From: Octopus sinensis
Taxonomy: Eukaryota
DNA length: 64,000 nucleotides
Direction of reading: 5' to 3'
Assembly (NCBI RefSeq): GCF_006345805.1
Contig: NC_043006.1
Location: 91,078,001 to 91,142,000, forward strand
This document shows, piece by piece, positions 13,298-25,669 of this stretch. Position 1 is the first letter of the stretch. Every line of letters starts with the position of its first letter. A program made the translations under genes and the position numbers. The notes beneath the pieces are model-generated. The model worked only from the letters and a program-made list of their open reading frames with translations, made no database searches and was not told the DNA's origin.

Positions 13298-14900
13298 TTA
13301 CACGAATATTAAAGGAGATAACAAGTCCCCCTGGAAAATTCCTCTCTTGATGTTAACTTTCCCTAAGTCTGTATTACTTGAGTAGAGGTCTACTTTCCAT
13401 TTCTTCATGCCAAAGCTAATTAAATCTCTTATGTTGTCTGCTATACTGAATATTCTCAAACATTCACTTACCCATGAGTGTGGGATCATATCATGATCTA
13501 TCCATGCTATTGTTAAATTTTTCTTTTACTTCTTTTAGGAATGCTTTGTCTATGTATAATAGATTATGCATTCCTTTTGCCTTCTTCCTGAAACCTTTCT
13601 GTTCTTCTGGAAGTGAATTCTAGCTGTTATGGTGCTCGTAAATACTTTCTGAGAGCATTCCTATTAATAGCTTCCACACTAATGGTAAGCAAGTGATTGG
13701 TCTATAATTACTAGCTATATTGCCCTTGCTTTTCACTTTCATAAGGAGCACTGTTTTCCCTCTATTCATCCAATCAGGTATTATTAATCCATTAAGGCAA
13801 TCCTGAAGTTGTTCCTTCAGTATCCCATATAAGTTACTAAATTTCTTTAACTAGTACCCCTGAACTAAATCTGGTCCTGCACCCTTCCAGCTCAGCATTC
13901 TTCCTTATACTTTACTCATTAACGCATAAGTTAGTTTTAGATCTGGCTGCTTCTCACTAACTATTTCTTCCCTCACTTTCTTTAATCATGCTGCACCTCT
14001 ATTATGATTAATTGGCTTATCCTAAATATCACTCCAGAACTCTCTAGCTTCTTCTGCATTAGGTCTCCCATCTTCAGTAGTTTCTTCTACACTCTTTATT
14101 TGGCAATAAAATCTCTGGTCTGCCTCAAACAATCTCTTTTGTTGATACTGATATCTAGAAAACTCATTTGCTTTTGCTATGATATGCTGTTTCCGTTTTT
14201 CCATGACTATCTCAAATCTTTTCTCTTTAACTAAGTATTTTTTCTCAGCAGAAGATTCTTGTGTTTCCTAACTTCTTCTGTTCCCAGGCTTCTATTCTAT
14301 TCATATCTTGTCTTAAAGCCTTCATTTTATTTTCTTATCTCCCTTTCTTTATCTGCTCTTTCCCATTCTTTCCTCAAGAAATACCTCATCTTCTTATGAC
14401 TACTACCCCTCCTATATAAATATCAATAGGTTAGTGTCACCTATAAAATTAGTATTTCTCCTACTGCTAACAAAATCTTCTTTGTTAGTCATATCTAGCA
14501 ACTTCCTTCTTTTAACATTTTTTAATGACGTTACTCTTTTCTTTCTTCCTTACTCATTATTTCCTTCAACTCATCGAAATTCTTCTGATCTTCCACACTT
14601 AAGTCACTGATGTTAATTTTCCCTTCCTGATCAGTGATACGATTATTTTTTATTGTAAACTCATCTTTGACTTGAACGTGTATCACTTATATTTGATTGT
14701 TCCACTTCTTGATCTCTTTCTTTTTTTAGTTTTCTTGTGATCTCTTTTACCTCCAATTTGTCATTCACTTTTTACTCCTTATTACATTAGCCTCGTCCAC
14801 ATGTCTCTGTTCTGTTACTTCAAACATCCCCTTTTTATCTGTTACCCCTAATTTTAGATTCACTTTCCAAGTAGCACTGCATCATTGCCCCGTCACTTCA
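13298..14900 (-). mobile_element. Degenerate R4/Dong-clade LINE (N-terminal region to RT domain), 3'-truncated
   Basis: Minus-strand remnants QCYLESESKIRG, KRLFEADQRFY...AEEAREFWSDI, SKGNIASNYRPITCLP and IPHSWVSECL...IKRGIFQGDLLSPLIFV, with many stops and frameshifts. Confidence 0.85.
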
Positions 14901-15016
14901 CTTGTACATTTCCTTCTTCTTCTTATTATTATTATTATCATTATTATATTATTTCACTTCTCAGATCTCTCAGTCTTGCTTGTTCTGGTTGGGTCTGTGA
15001 GAAAATATGTTTTCAT

Positions 15017-15100
15017 ACCTGTAGTGGGATTTGAACCTGCAACCCTCAGATTTCTCCAGTACACTCTCCACAAAAGTCTGATACTCTACTGACAGAGCCT
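15017..15100 (-). pseudogene. tRNA-Lys(TTT)-like pseudogene or SINE head with a 19-nt insert at the canonical intron position
   Basis: Minus strand: D-arm GCTC-TGTCAGTA-GAGT, anticodon stem TCAGA/TCTGA, loop CT-TTT-G[19 nt]A, variable region GGGTT and B-box GGTTCAAATCC. The T-stem has mismatches and the 5' acceptor strand is not recognisable. A short body and an (AAT)-rich tail follow toward 14920. Confidence 0.6.
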
Positions 15101-15156
15101 TGCAATTATTATCATCATCATCATCATCATCACCACCACTACTACTACTACTTAGT

Positions 15157-15490
15157 TGTAGAAAAGTCAGAGAGATTCAGAAATTACTATATTTATTTAC
15201 TTCAATTCCTTGCATCCTTCCAGCACATCAGATTCTAGTTCCTTCTAAGATTTCCTCATTTCTTCTTTTTGTCCTCTTTGTAACTGATCTCTTGATAAGC
15301 ACTGCTAATCTCATATATGTATTTGCAGTGAAAAATAACATAAATCTACTTTTAACTCATTGTTCAAACCCCAGCTATTATCAGCTGCTCTTGCTAAGTA
15401 TCTCTTATCATATCAGTCAATTAAGAATTGATAAATTAACACCAAACTTCAGATATTACTTATTTCAAGCAAGAATAATTCTGCCATACA
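15157..15490 (-). mobile_element. 3' LTR of a degenerate Ty3/gypsy element
   Basis: On the minus strand it begins TGTA (15490) and ends TACA (15157). It is immediately preceded by a purine-rich PPT-like CCTGAGAAGTGAG (15503-15491) and contains AATAAA near its 3' end. Confidence 0.55.
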
Positions 15491-16460
15491 CTCACTTCTC
15501 AGGAACAATTCCAAGCATAGAATCTTAAACTCACAATCTTCAATGATCTTTCTTGTATGCTTCATAATCTGAATATTGCTAAAATTACATGAAGGAAACT
15601 TGAATTTGCTTTGACTTCAAAGAAATATTTCCACTTTCATTTCAACAAGCCCCAAACAATTTACTCTATTATAGTGTACTACTTATATATCTTACAATGC
15701 ACCCTATAATCACTAACATCTTACACTACATGAAGGAAATCCCCACCTATCTGATTGATAGATTCTCCTTTCTTGGAAACCTTATCAAAGCTTATCATTG
15801 TCTTGTGTTCTCCCAACTCATTCCAATGCAGCTATAATGGTTTATACTTTTTTTGTTTTTTCTTTTTTTTCCAGAAAATTACCGATTCCCTTCTCCCCAT
15901 TCTCCTTGAATCAGATTGCATCTATAGTTGTACCTATATTTTTGCATATCTTCATCTTTATTGTGGGTTTTGTTACCTAATTCCTAAACCAAACATTATA
16001 TCTTTCACTTTATACATTAATAATTCTACCTTACACATCCACTCTAACACAAGGAGCAAGCCTCTATATGATCATTAAACCTGCTAGAAATATCAGCTTC
16101 ACAGCCCTCAAATCACGTCCCGTTATCTAAAAACAGGAAGTGCACATTAGATTTTCCTCTCTGTTTAGGGAAAAATGGAATGATTGCAGTTGGAATGCCT
16201 TTGATCCTAAGTTTTCTCAATAAGATTGACCTGGGGGCTAAACAATAACAAAAGCAACTCTTACATTCTTCGCTTCTTTTCCAATATAAAAGAACAGCTG
16301 CTGGATTGTGAATAGAATGTCTTCCGTTTCTGCTCAGAGCATCAGCTACCAACTAACAGTTTGAAGTATTAGGTGAAGAGAACTCAATATTATTTATTCC
16401 ATTTCGCTCTTCTTATTCCAAAACAGCTGCCATGGATGATATGATTCTTTTGTTCTCTTA
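15491..16460 (-). mobile_element. Degenerate Ty3/gypsy pol remnant (RNase H end, then integrase)
   Basis: VADALSR motif (RNase H C-terminus) in ORF 16113-16352, followed by an integrase-like ..LDNGT motif, which is gypsy domain order. Multiple stops; no 5' LTR found. Confidence 0.65.
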
Positions 16461-17819
16461 TGGATTTGCATCACCAAGCAGATGCTATGCTGGTTGACCA
16501 CCCTCCAGAGTTTAAATGATTCTATAAACCCCAATGAACTTGAATGGGATTTGAACTTAGAACATAAAGGAGCAGAAAATATAGTCTGAAATCCAATGAA
16601 AATACCTGCCTAGCAGCAGGTATTTAAAGGGAAATTTGACGAGACAGTCAGTCACCCGCTGACACTACATCAAAGAGGCCAGGGAACAGAAGAAAGAAGA
16701 AGAAAGACATGCACCCAACACCAGAGCCGAAGACACCTCCGAAAGGGGTTGGGGCACGTCAAAATGGTAGAGGAGTCAGGGCCGAAACTGGACGTGGTTG
16801 GATCCTATAAAGGAGCTGTTGTGGTAGCAGTTGACAAAACACGGTTGAAATTCCTTCCAGTGATGATGTCAACCCAAGTGACACCACCACTCTCTTTCCC
16901 TCTCTTCTTCTCTTCTTTCTCTCTCTCCTTCTCTTCTTTCCCTCTCTCCTCTTCTTTCCCTTTCTCCCTCTTCCTCCTCCCCCACTACTGTATGATTATG
17001 TAAAGGTAGGAAACATTAGATTCTTCTCTCATCACTGAAACATGAACATATCAGCCCTTTTCTAACAGGATATAACCTAATACCACTAGGTATTTCAACT
17101 GGTGCTTTGCTAATCCCCTCAGCCCCTGTTATGTGTAGTGCCTTTCATTCTCGGAATTTTGTGATAAGTAAAAAACAATGCAAAGGTTGCCTATAAAAAC
17201 AGCAGATGGTAATTGGCTGAGAAATACCAGGAACCAAATTAACATAACAATAATTGAATGACACTCATAAACGAATTTTATTAAGTACTTAGTGTCAGAT
17301 AAATATTTTTGCTACACAGTTTCTTTTTTTGTTCATTTTGTTTGTTTTTTTCTCTCTTTTTTTGTATGTAGTAGTGCTAATAGCTTTGTTGCTATTGAGA
17401 AGGAACCAGCTGGCAATGTTAATCATTAGTGTTATAGAACATTATTGTCTTGCAAGTCTTTAGGTGATTTCATCAACGGGAACAATGAAATAAAGACAGA
17501 AAACAAACGATAAGGCAACCTCTCAAACGATAATGGGGAGCTATTTAACAGTTGTGTGAACAAGCACACTAGCATTGATGTTGTTATTATGTCTAGCAAT
17601 TAGTGTTGATAATCGCTGGTATATACTAGAGATGGATAATAGTCAATGATTTGTTTAACAAAAAGTAATTGAGAGATGATTTCTAATGAAGATTGGACTG
17701 AAGTCTTAATGGATTGCTGAGGTGGATTCTATTATAAGAAATAAAACATTGTGGTTAATATTGCAAACGGTAAGCAATCAGAAACTAATCATGATACAGT
17801 AAGACATTTGGTTTGGGGT

Positions 17820-18230
17820 TTAATGGGTGATGCAGTGAAGGAATACACTGCCACAGTTTAATGTGCTGGAATATGTTGCTACAGTTTCATACACTGCAAT
17901 GAGGTGCATGCTACAGTTTAAAGCACTGACAATACACAGCTGCAGTTTTATGCAGTGATATATATATATAATACTAAGGTTTATTGCAGTGGGATCTAAC
18001 TACTACTGCTTAATGCTGTGAGATACTCTGTGGCAGTTTAATGCAGTGAGATATCTTACTACAATTGAATGCAGTGAGATAAAGTGCTACAATCTAAAGC
18101 AAGTGAATCTACTGCAACAGTTTAACACAGTGACATATACTGAATGCAGTGAAATGCACTGCAACTGTTAATGCATGGAAAAGTACTGCAGCAGTTAATG
18201 CATTAAGATATAATACAGTTATGGATTATA
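17820..18230. repeat. Diverged minisatellite of about 29 bp
   Basis: Recurring TTTAATGCAGTGAGATA..(C)TGCTACAG-like unit, roughly a dozen degenerate copies. Confidence 0.7.
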
Positions 18231-18556
18231 AATAAATGTTTGTTGTTTTTATTTTAATTATAATAAGAGATATTACATTAATTTAATGTAGTAACAATTT
18301 GTACTTCACAATTTCCTATGAGAGATGAATTTAAGGTAGAAAATAGTTAATACTTGAATTGTGATGTGCCATTCACCCAACATATAATGCGAAGATCATC
18401 TCTGCTTGTAGTAAATCTTGTAAATAGAAAACCAAAATATAATTGAATTCTAAATCTCTAAAGTAATTTTCATGTTTGCATGTTTATTCAATGGTCTTTT
18501 TTATGGCCGTTCATCATTGTTTCTCTATAATATATATATATCCTATATATATATAT

Positions 18557-18604
<48 letters not shown>

Positions 18605-19015
18605 ACACCACACACACACACACATATATATATATAGATAGATACTTAGATAATAGATGGATAGATAATACAATATACAATATACTATAATATATGCATA
18701 TATATACGCACACACATGTATATATACACACATTCACACATGTATATATACACACACAATTAATTTAATATATAGTCATTGACTGCTTGGTGTAGTGGTA
18801 CATAGAATTTAACTGGAATCTCTGAGGTACAGAGTTTGGTTTTGTGTAGCTGCCTACTGGCAATATTTCTGGTGCTACATAAAATGCACTCATTCCAGTG
18901 CTACATAGACACACCCATGCCGGTGGCACATATACAGTGCCCAGTACACTCTGTAAAGTGGTTGGTGTTAGGAAAGGCATCCCAGCTATAGAAACTATGC
19001 CAAAATTGACAATAT

Positions 19016-19858
19016 ACAAGATTTGCACTGTTGCCATAGTAACAAAGCTAAAGCATGCAGAGTGAAGCTGCTTGGCAAAGATTGACCTTGATCTCTGCTG
19101 TGCATGCCCACTAAGTTTTAACAGTCCTGTTCACTCCTGCTGTTTACAGCAGTGCTTGGAAACAAAGTGTATAGTGTGTGATTGTCACATTGACCATCAC
19201 AGAGAAAGTTGTCATGGCGATACCTGCTCAGAGGCCTATACAAAGTTGCAGAAAGTATATGAGGAGTCTATGATCCACACACAAGTGTACGAGGGGTTCA
19301 GATGTTTCCAAGATGGCCAAAAAAATGTTGATATTAATGAACGCTCTGAGAGATCCACAACCAGCAGAACTGAAAAATACATTGCAGATGTGCATATAGC
19401 TGTTGGGGGAAATTGTCAAATCACCACCTGTGAGTTATCAGAGGATGTGCAGATGAGTTATGGTTCAGTTCAGTCCATTATCACTGAAGATTTGGGTTTG
19501 AGATGCGTGTCTGCCAAGTTTGTGCCAAAACTGCTTTCAGCTGACCGACAAGACACTTGGGTTTCAGTTGCACAAGATCTCCATTGTGTTGAGAACGATG
19601 GAAACATTTTGAAAACTTTGTGTAGGTCGCTGATGCAGATTCTCTGCTTAACTTCCTCTATCATGGTCATTGCGACGATCACAAGCTACACATCTTCCTT
19701 CCAAGCACTGCTGTGTACAGTGGAGGTGAGGTAGAATGTTAAAACTTAGTGTGCATGTACAGCAGAGTTCAAGACCAATCTGTGTCAAGCAGCTTCACTC
19801 TGCATGCTTTAGCTTTGTTACTATGGCGATAGTGTAGATTCTTATTGATCAGACCATC

Positions 19859-19860
<2 letters not shown>
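19016..19860 (+). mobile_element. Internally deleted mariner element with long terminal inverted repeats
   Basis: Inverted repeats of about 110 bp at 19016-19125 and 19737-19845 (gccatagtaacaaagctaaagcatgcagagtgaagctgcttg and its reverse complement). The internal ORF encodes the N-terminal DNA-binding region (AYTKLQKVY...VYEGFRCFQDG...TEDLGLRCVSAKFVPKLLSADRQ) and lacks the DD34D domain. The right end runs into (TA)n. Confidence 0.88.
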
Positions 19861-19903
<43 letters not shown>

Positions 19904-20519
19904 CTATCTATATATATATATATATACACACATACACAATTCAAAGAACAAACAATTAAAAAGCTGAGAAAAAAGGAAAAAAGAAGAAAAAAACAAACGT
20001 AAGGATCTGCACAAGAAATATATTAATTTGATGTTTGGTGAAAGGAGAGAGTTGTTAACGTTTTAAGTATAGCTCTTCGTCGGAAAGAAAAAGTCCAAGG
20101 AGACAGAAAGAAAGATCACCAACAATCCATGTGTAGTTACATTTCTGAAGTGACTAGAAGTGGAAGAGAAAAAAGTGGTTTCTGCAACAGGAGAGTGTGA
20201 AGATGGTCAATGTGTGTGTGTGTGTATGTGGTAGTAATTGTATGTGTATGTAGATGGAGTGGTCAGTAGTGGGTCAGCAGCTGTCTTGAAAGGTGTGTGT
20301 GGTTCTGTGTGTTTGTGTTTGCATGTACATATATATCTTTTAAATTTGTTTATGGGAAACATTTTAACTATGCAAATAAAGCTTGCTATTCAATTATGCC
20401 AGCCACAGTCGAATGATGATGCTGACTGGTGAACCAGGTTTGGGGGGGGGGTGCACAGAGCTGCAGTAAAATATCTATAAATCCCATCCAAGGACTATTG
20501 TTATTATTACAATATATAT

Positions 20520-20880
20520 TCTTTTATTTCACTTATTTGACTGCAGCCATGCTGAAGCACCGCCTTTAGTTGAACAATTCGACCCCAGGACCTATTCTTT
20601 GTACGCCTAGTATTTCTTCTATCGGTCTCTTTTGCTGAACCGCTAAGTTACAAGGATGTAAACACACCAACATCGGTTGTCAGGAATGGTCGGGGGGACA
20701 AACACAGACACACAAATACACACACATGCACACACATAGTTTCTGTCTACCAAATCCACTCACAAGGCTTTGGTCGGCCTGAGGCTATAGTAGAAGACAC
20801 TTGCCCAAGGTGTCACGCAGTGGGACTGAACCCTGAACCATGTTGTTCATAAGCAAGCTTCTTACCATGCAGCCACTCCT
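20520..20880 (-). mobile_element. SINE family A copy (near full length)
   Basis: Reverse complement of the full family A sequence, including the head (cttaccatgcagccactcctgc). Confidence 0.82.
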
Positions 20881-20894
20881 GCACCTATATATAT

Positions 20895-21150
20895 CATTGT
20901 CATCATCATCATCGTTTAACATCCATTTTCCATGCTGGCATGGGTTGGATGGTTTGACCGGGGTCTGGGAAGCCAGGAAGCCACACTAGGCTCCAGTCTG
21001 ATCTGGCAGTGTTTCTACAGCTGGATGCCCTTCCTAATGCCAACCACTCCATGAGTGTAGTGGGTGCTTTTTACATGCCAGTGGCACAGGTGCCAAAGGA
21101 GGCTGGCAACAGCCACGCTCAGTTGGTGCATTTTACATGCCATGGCACGG
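20895..21150 (-). mobile_element. Family B (RTE 3' UTR-like) copy
   Basis: Reverse complement of 48960-49190 with a (CAT)n tail at 20895-20912. Confidence 0.82.
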
Positions 21151-21163
21151 GTATATATATATA

Positions 21164-21231
<68 letters not shown>

Positions 21232-21396
21232 GTATGTATATGCATGTGTGTGTATGCATATCTACACACACATATATATATATCATCATCATGAGCATCG
21301 TTTAACATCCGTTTTGGACACACACGCACACACACACATATATATATATAATAAATAATATATATGTATATATATAATATGTATGTGTATATATAT

Positions 21397-21446
<50 letters not shown>

Positions 21447-21475
21447 ATATATATGTGTGTGTGTGTATGCATATA
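21150..21475. repeat. (TA)n/(TG)n/(CA)n microsatellite cluster
   Basis: Directly visible. Confidence 0.95.
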
Positions 21476-23307
21476 TGGGTACAGAACATCAGCAACTTCG
21501 CAAACAACATGAAATACGTAAACAATTAGAGGAAAAAATGGAAAACAGGGCAAATAAACACAGAGAAAGGACCTTCATCAGTTGTCAGCTGTGTATCTAT
21601 TCCTCATTTCGAGCATTCAACAACAACATGAGTCTTCAAAGACAGTTGCTCCTATAAATTCTAAAATAAAATTTAGGATTTAGGGTCGAAGTTGGGGACA
21701 AAAACAGGGCAGTGGAGACATACAACGAAACCGAATGGAAACAAACATGGAGAATCGTTAGACCGTGCGTGTGCACACACACACCTGGTTTGTACAGTTT
21801 CTATTTATCACATTGCAAAGCATCCAGTGGTGCAGTGCTTGCCCAGTGTACTTCACAGTGGGACTGAACCTGAAGCCACATGGTTATGAGGCAAACCTTT
21901 ATACCACACAGCCAGAATCTTACCTTCATCTCCACCTCACCCCTCATCCCCACACACACCCTTACATTTGCAAACCGGCTGTAAAAAGTTGATAGTAAAA
22001 GTTTACAGAAAACAAATGATTAAGTTTTGCTGAGAATCCATGATGATCATTTTGTGGAGTTAATGAGTCGCTGACCCTCTTCTCTCCGCATTCCTCTACT
22101 TCAACTTCCACAGATATATTAGTGTCAGCAAACAGAGACCAACTTTTAACGGTTAGTTACTCTTATCACTCAGCAGAACATTTCTCATGCACTTCATTTT
22201 GTTTCCTTATACTAAATGCATCAGTCATTTTCTCTTCTCTGGCTTTCACTTACCATTTTATTTACAGAGCTCTCTTACATTCCACTCATTTCATATTTGT
22301 TCAAATTTCCAAACTGCATTTGCTTCCTTTCCCTTTTATCACAGTTTCCTTTTTTTATATATATTTATTTATTCTTTTTTCTCCTTCTTTCTATGTTGTC
22401 TGTTACTCTGGTTTAGTTCTTTACCTTTTTGTGTGTTTACATAGGAAGGTTTAGTTTGTGCTTCCTTTTCACTTTTTACTTTAGTTATTATTATTTATTT
22501 ATTTTTTGTTTTAACGGGTAATGGAAAAGTGTGTATGCCTGAGAGTGTGGAACTCTGGGTTCCTAAGGCAGGCCATGCAGTTTCAAAAAGCAAAACTATG
22601 AGATTGAAATAGAATACGTTAGCATGTAGGTATCCTCTTTCAAGCTGTCTCTTATGGACAAAAAAAAATGATTTTGCATTCACACAGGAAACGTGACTGT
22701 TGTGCGTGTGTGAAGGGTTTGGAAGCAAACATTGCTTGAAAGCATTGGATTTTCTCTGCTTAGGTCGTCGGAAGTTTGACATTTTGTTCAGTGAGACATC
22801 TCTTCCTATATTGCATAAGGTTTCCCAGTCAAAGAGGGGCACTCAGTTTGGGAAAGAAGGGAAATTTATCTGGTAATATTTCTCTAATATAAGATTTGTT
22901 GCTTCGTCTGATTTAAAGCTGCAAAAGCCAAAGATTAGAATTAACCCTTCAGATTATTCTTAATTGAAGAAAGATTGACTTCCCATGTTTATCAGTAACT
23001 CTTCCATTTCACAAAATACAAGGACCCCTTAGTTTTACATGAAAGTCCAAGATTGATTGAATTCAGTTATTCAGAATGCTGAAAGTACCACTCAAGAATG
23101 CTGATATTTCTCTATCTCTATCTCTCTCTCTCACACACACACACACAAATTTAGCCGGAAGATTTTGGACATCCAACTATGGCAGACAGTGGAGTTTGGT
23201 GCAGTCCTTTGGCTTTTAAGCTCCTGTCAAACTGTCCAACCCATACCACGGATGGAAGATGGATGTCAAATGATGATGATGATTTGAAAAGTTCTGGACA
23301 AAATGCT

Positions 23308-23770
23308 TGTTTATTCTTTTACTTGTTTCAGTCATTTGACTGCAGCCATGCTGGAGCACCACCTTTAGTCAAGCAAATCAACTCCAGGACTCATTCTTTG
23401 TAAGCCTAGTACATATTCTATCGGTCTCTTTTGCTGAACCACTAAGTTATGGGTGCATAAACACACCAGTGTTGGTTGTCAAGCGATGATAGGGAGACAA
23501 ACACAGACGAACAAACACGCACGCACACAGACATGTACACAAACATATACACGCACAAACATATATACACACACACACACAAACATATACACTTACTCAC
23601 AAACATACACACACACACAGTGGGCTCCTTTCAGTTTCCACCTACCAAATCCACTCACAAGGCTTTGGTTGGCTCGAGGCTGTAGTAGAAGACACTTGCC
23701 TGAGGTGCCATGCAGGGGGACTGAACCCTGAATCATGTGGTTGGTAAGCAAGCTACTTACCACACCTGCA
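23308..23770 (-). mobile_element. SINE family A copy with an expanded internal (CA)n tract
   Basis: Reverse complement of the tail, CORE and head; central ACAC/ATAC expansion at 23500-23620. Confidence 0.8.
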
Positions 23771-23899
23771 CCTAGTTTTTGTCTCTTGAATTCTAAATTC
23801 CTATCTCAATGAGATTGGCTTTAACTTCTATCCTGCTAAACTGGCAGTGAACAGCTGACACTGTAACACATCGCCAACAATTGGTGCAGAGTAACGAAA

Positions 23900-24200
23900 A
23901 CATAATAATTACATTATTTACAATTGACGGATTTTGTCATCAACTTGTTTGTTGTTAACACAATGTTTCAGCTGATATACCCTCCAGCCTTTATCAGGTG
24001 TCTTGGGGAAATTTCAAACCTGGGCCCTCATTCCTAAGGTATTTTTCGATGTTATTATTATTATCATTATCATTATTATTATTATTATTCAGGTCACTGC
24101 TTGGAATCTTGGGGTTAGTAGCCTGCACTCTTAACGACTGCACCATATGCCCGTGGGCATAATGTACATAATTCCTCATCTCTTGTATATAGAACATAAT
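23900..24200 (-). mobile_element. Short non-autonomous element with tRNA-like head, internal (AAT)n and a Penelope-type hammerhead relic
   Basis: Head GGGCATATGGTGCAGTCGTTAAGAGTGCAGGCTACTAACCCCAAGATTCC (A-box-like), then (AAT)n, then GACAC-CTGATAA-A-GGCTG-gagggtatat-CAGCT-GAAAC-ATT-GTGTT at 24002-23957. Confidence 0.6.
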
Positions 24201-25669
24201 AATTGTTTCTAGAATAGGTAGAAGAAACCTGGCAGTTGGGGGGGGGGTTAGGGTTAGTCAATATCAACTCAATTACATGACTGGTATGTTATTTTATTGA
24301 CCCCCTTCCAAATGGATGAAAGGCAAAGTTAATCTTTGTGGCATTTAGTTGTAAAGAACCAGAAGAAATAAACAGAGCACATTTTTTTCCCAGTACTCTG
24401 GTGATTCTTGTTACCTTTAATAGTGATATCAACAACAGCAGCAATAATGACGATAAAATGTTGACATGAAAATAACGGATTTGTTCTTTTCAATGAGCAA
24501 GTTGAAAACTTTGAAGCTGACAATACTGTTACCAAAAAATGTCTGAGAATTATTTTAAAACTCTATTGAAAACATTAATATAATTATAAGTATGCATGTT
24601 ATTAACATGAAGAACAATCTGATGATGTATGTAAACTGCTTGTTCCTTTATAAATTATGCAACAAAGATAATCCTAAGCATACTCTGTGTATAAAATGCA
24701 TAGTTTATGATGGCAAGGCTTTGTTTTCATCAAAGCATCTTTGTTCAAATGACTGGCAACAAGTTTTGAAAAACACATAATGAGAAAATCTGCATGTCTC
24801 ATTAATTCCTTAATTAATTTACAGATAATTTATTTACATGTATAATTCATTTACACTCATAATTGCATTTGCAAATTTGTGTTGAGTCACTTTCAGCGTA
24901 ATTTACATTGCAATATTTGCATTTGCTGTTTCTGCCTTAATTGACCAGATTTATTATGATTACAAAAGAATTCTACAGGTATTTCATAATATCTCATTTG
25001 GAGAAGTGAAACTACTACAGTGAAAGTGCTGAGATCAGATTGTCATCTTTAGAATGATCTACAGTATCCATGCCTGTTAAAAGGATTAGAACTGGAATTA
25101 CGTTAATATCTAAGATGCTTTAAATATGCAGTATTTGTGTATTGATCTCTAATTTGTGGGGAGGGGTAAGTTAATTACATCAACCCCAGTATTCAACTGG
25201 TACTTATTTTATTGACTCCAAAGGATGAAACGTAAAGGCAAACCTGGCAGCATTTGAACTCAGCATGCTGATGATGCTGTCTTGATTGTATTTCTTTATT
25301 GAAACCATGTTCAGTCTACGGTTCCTTTATGTTGGATATAGTTTCAAAAATCAGAGATTATCAGAAAATATCTTTATTTGAAGATGAAGATGAACTGAAT
25401 CCATGTTTTTCTTTTACTCATCTCAGTCTCTGGACTGCAACCATGAGCAGTTTTGTAGACCAAATTGACCCAGAACTGATTTTCGTGTTCTAACTGTCTC
25501 TTTTGTTGAACCATTAAGTTATGAGTCATGAACAGAGCAACACAAGTTGTCAAGCTGCGTGGGTGAGGTCAAACACACAGGCACGTGCATGCATGCGCGT
25601 GTGTGTGTGTGACTGGACTTCCAGAGGACTGTGCAAAGAAAATCCAACTATTGAAACCAGAAATCATCA

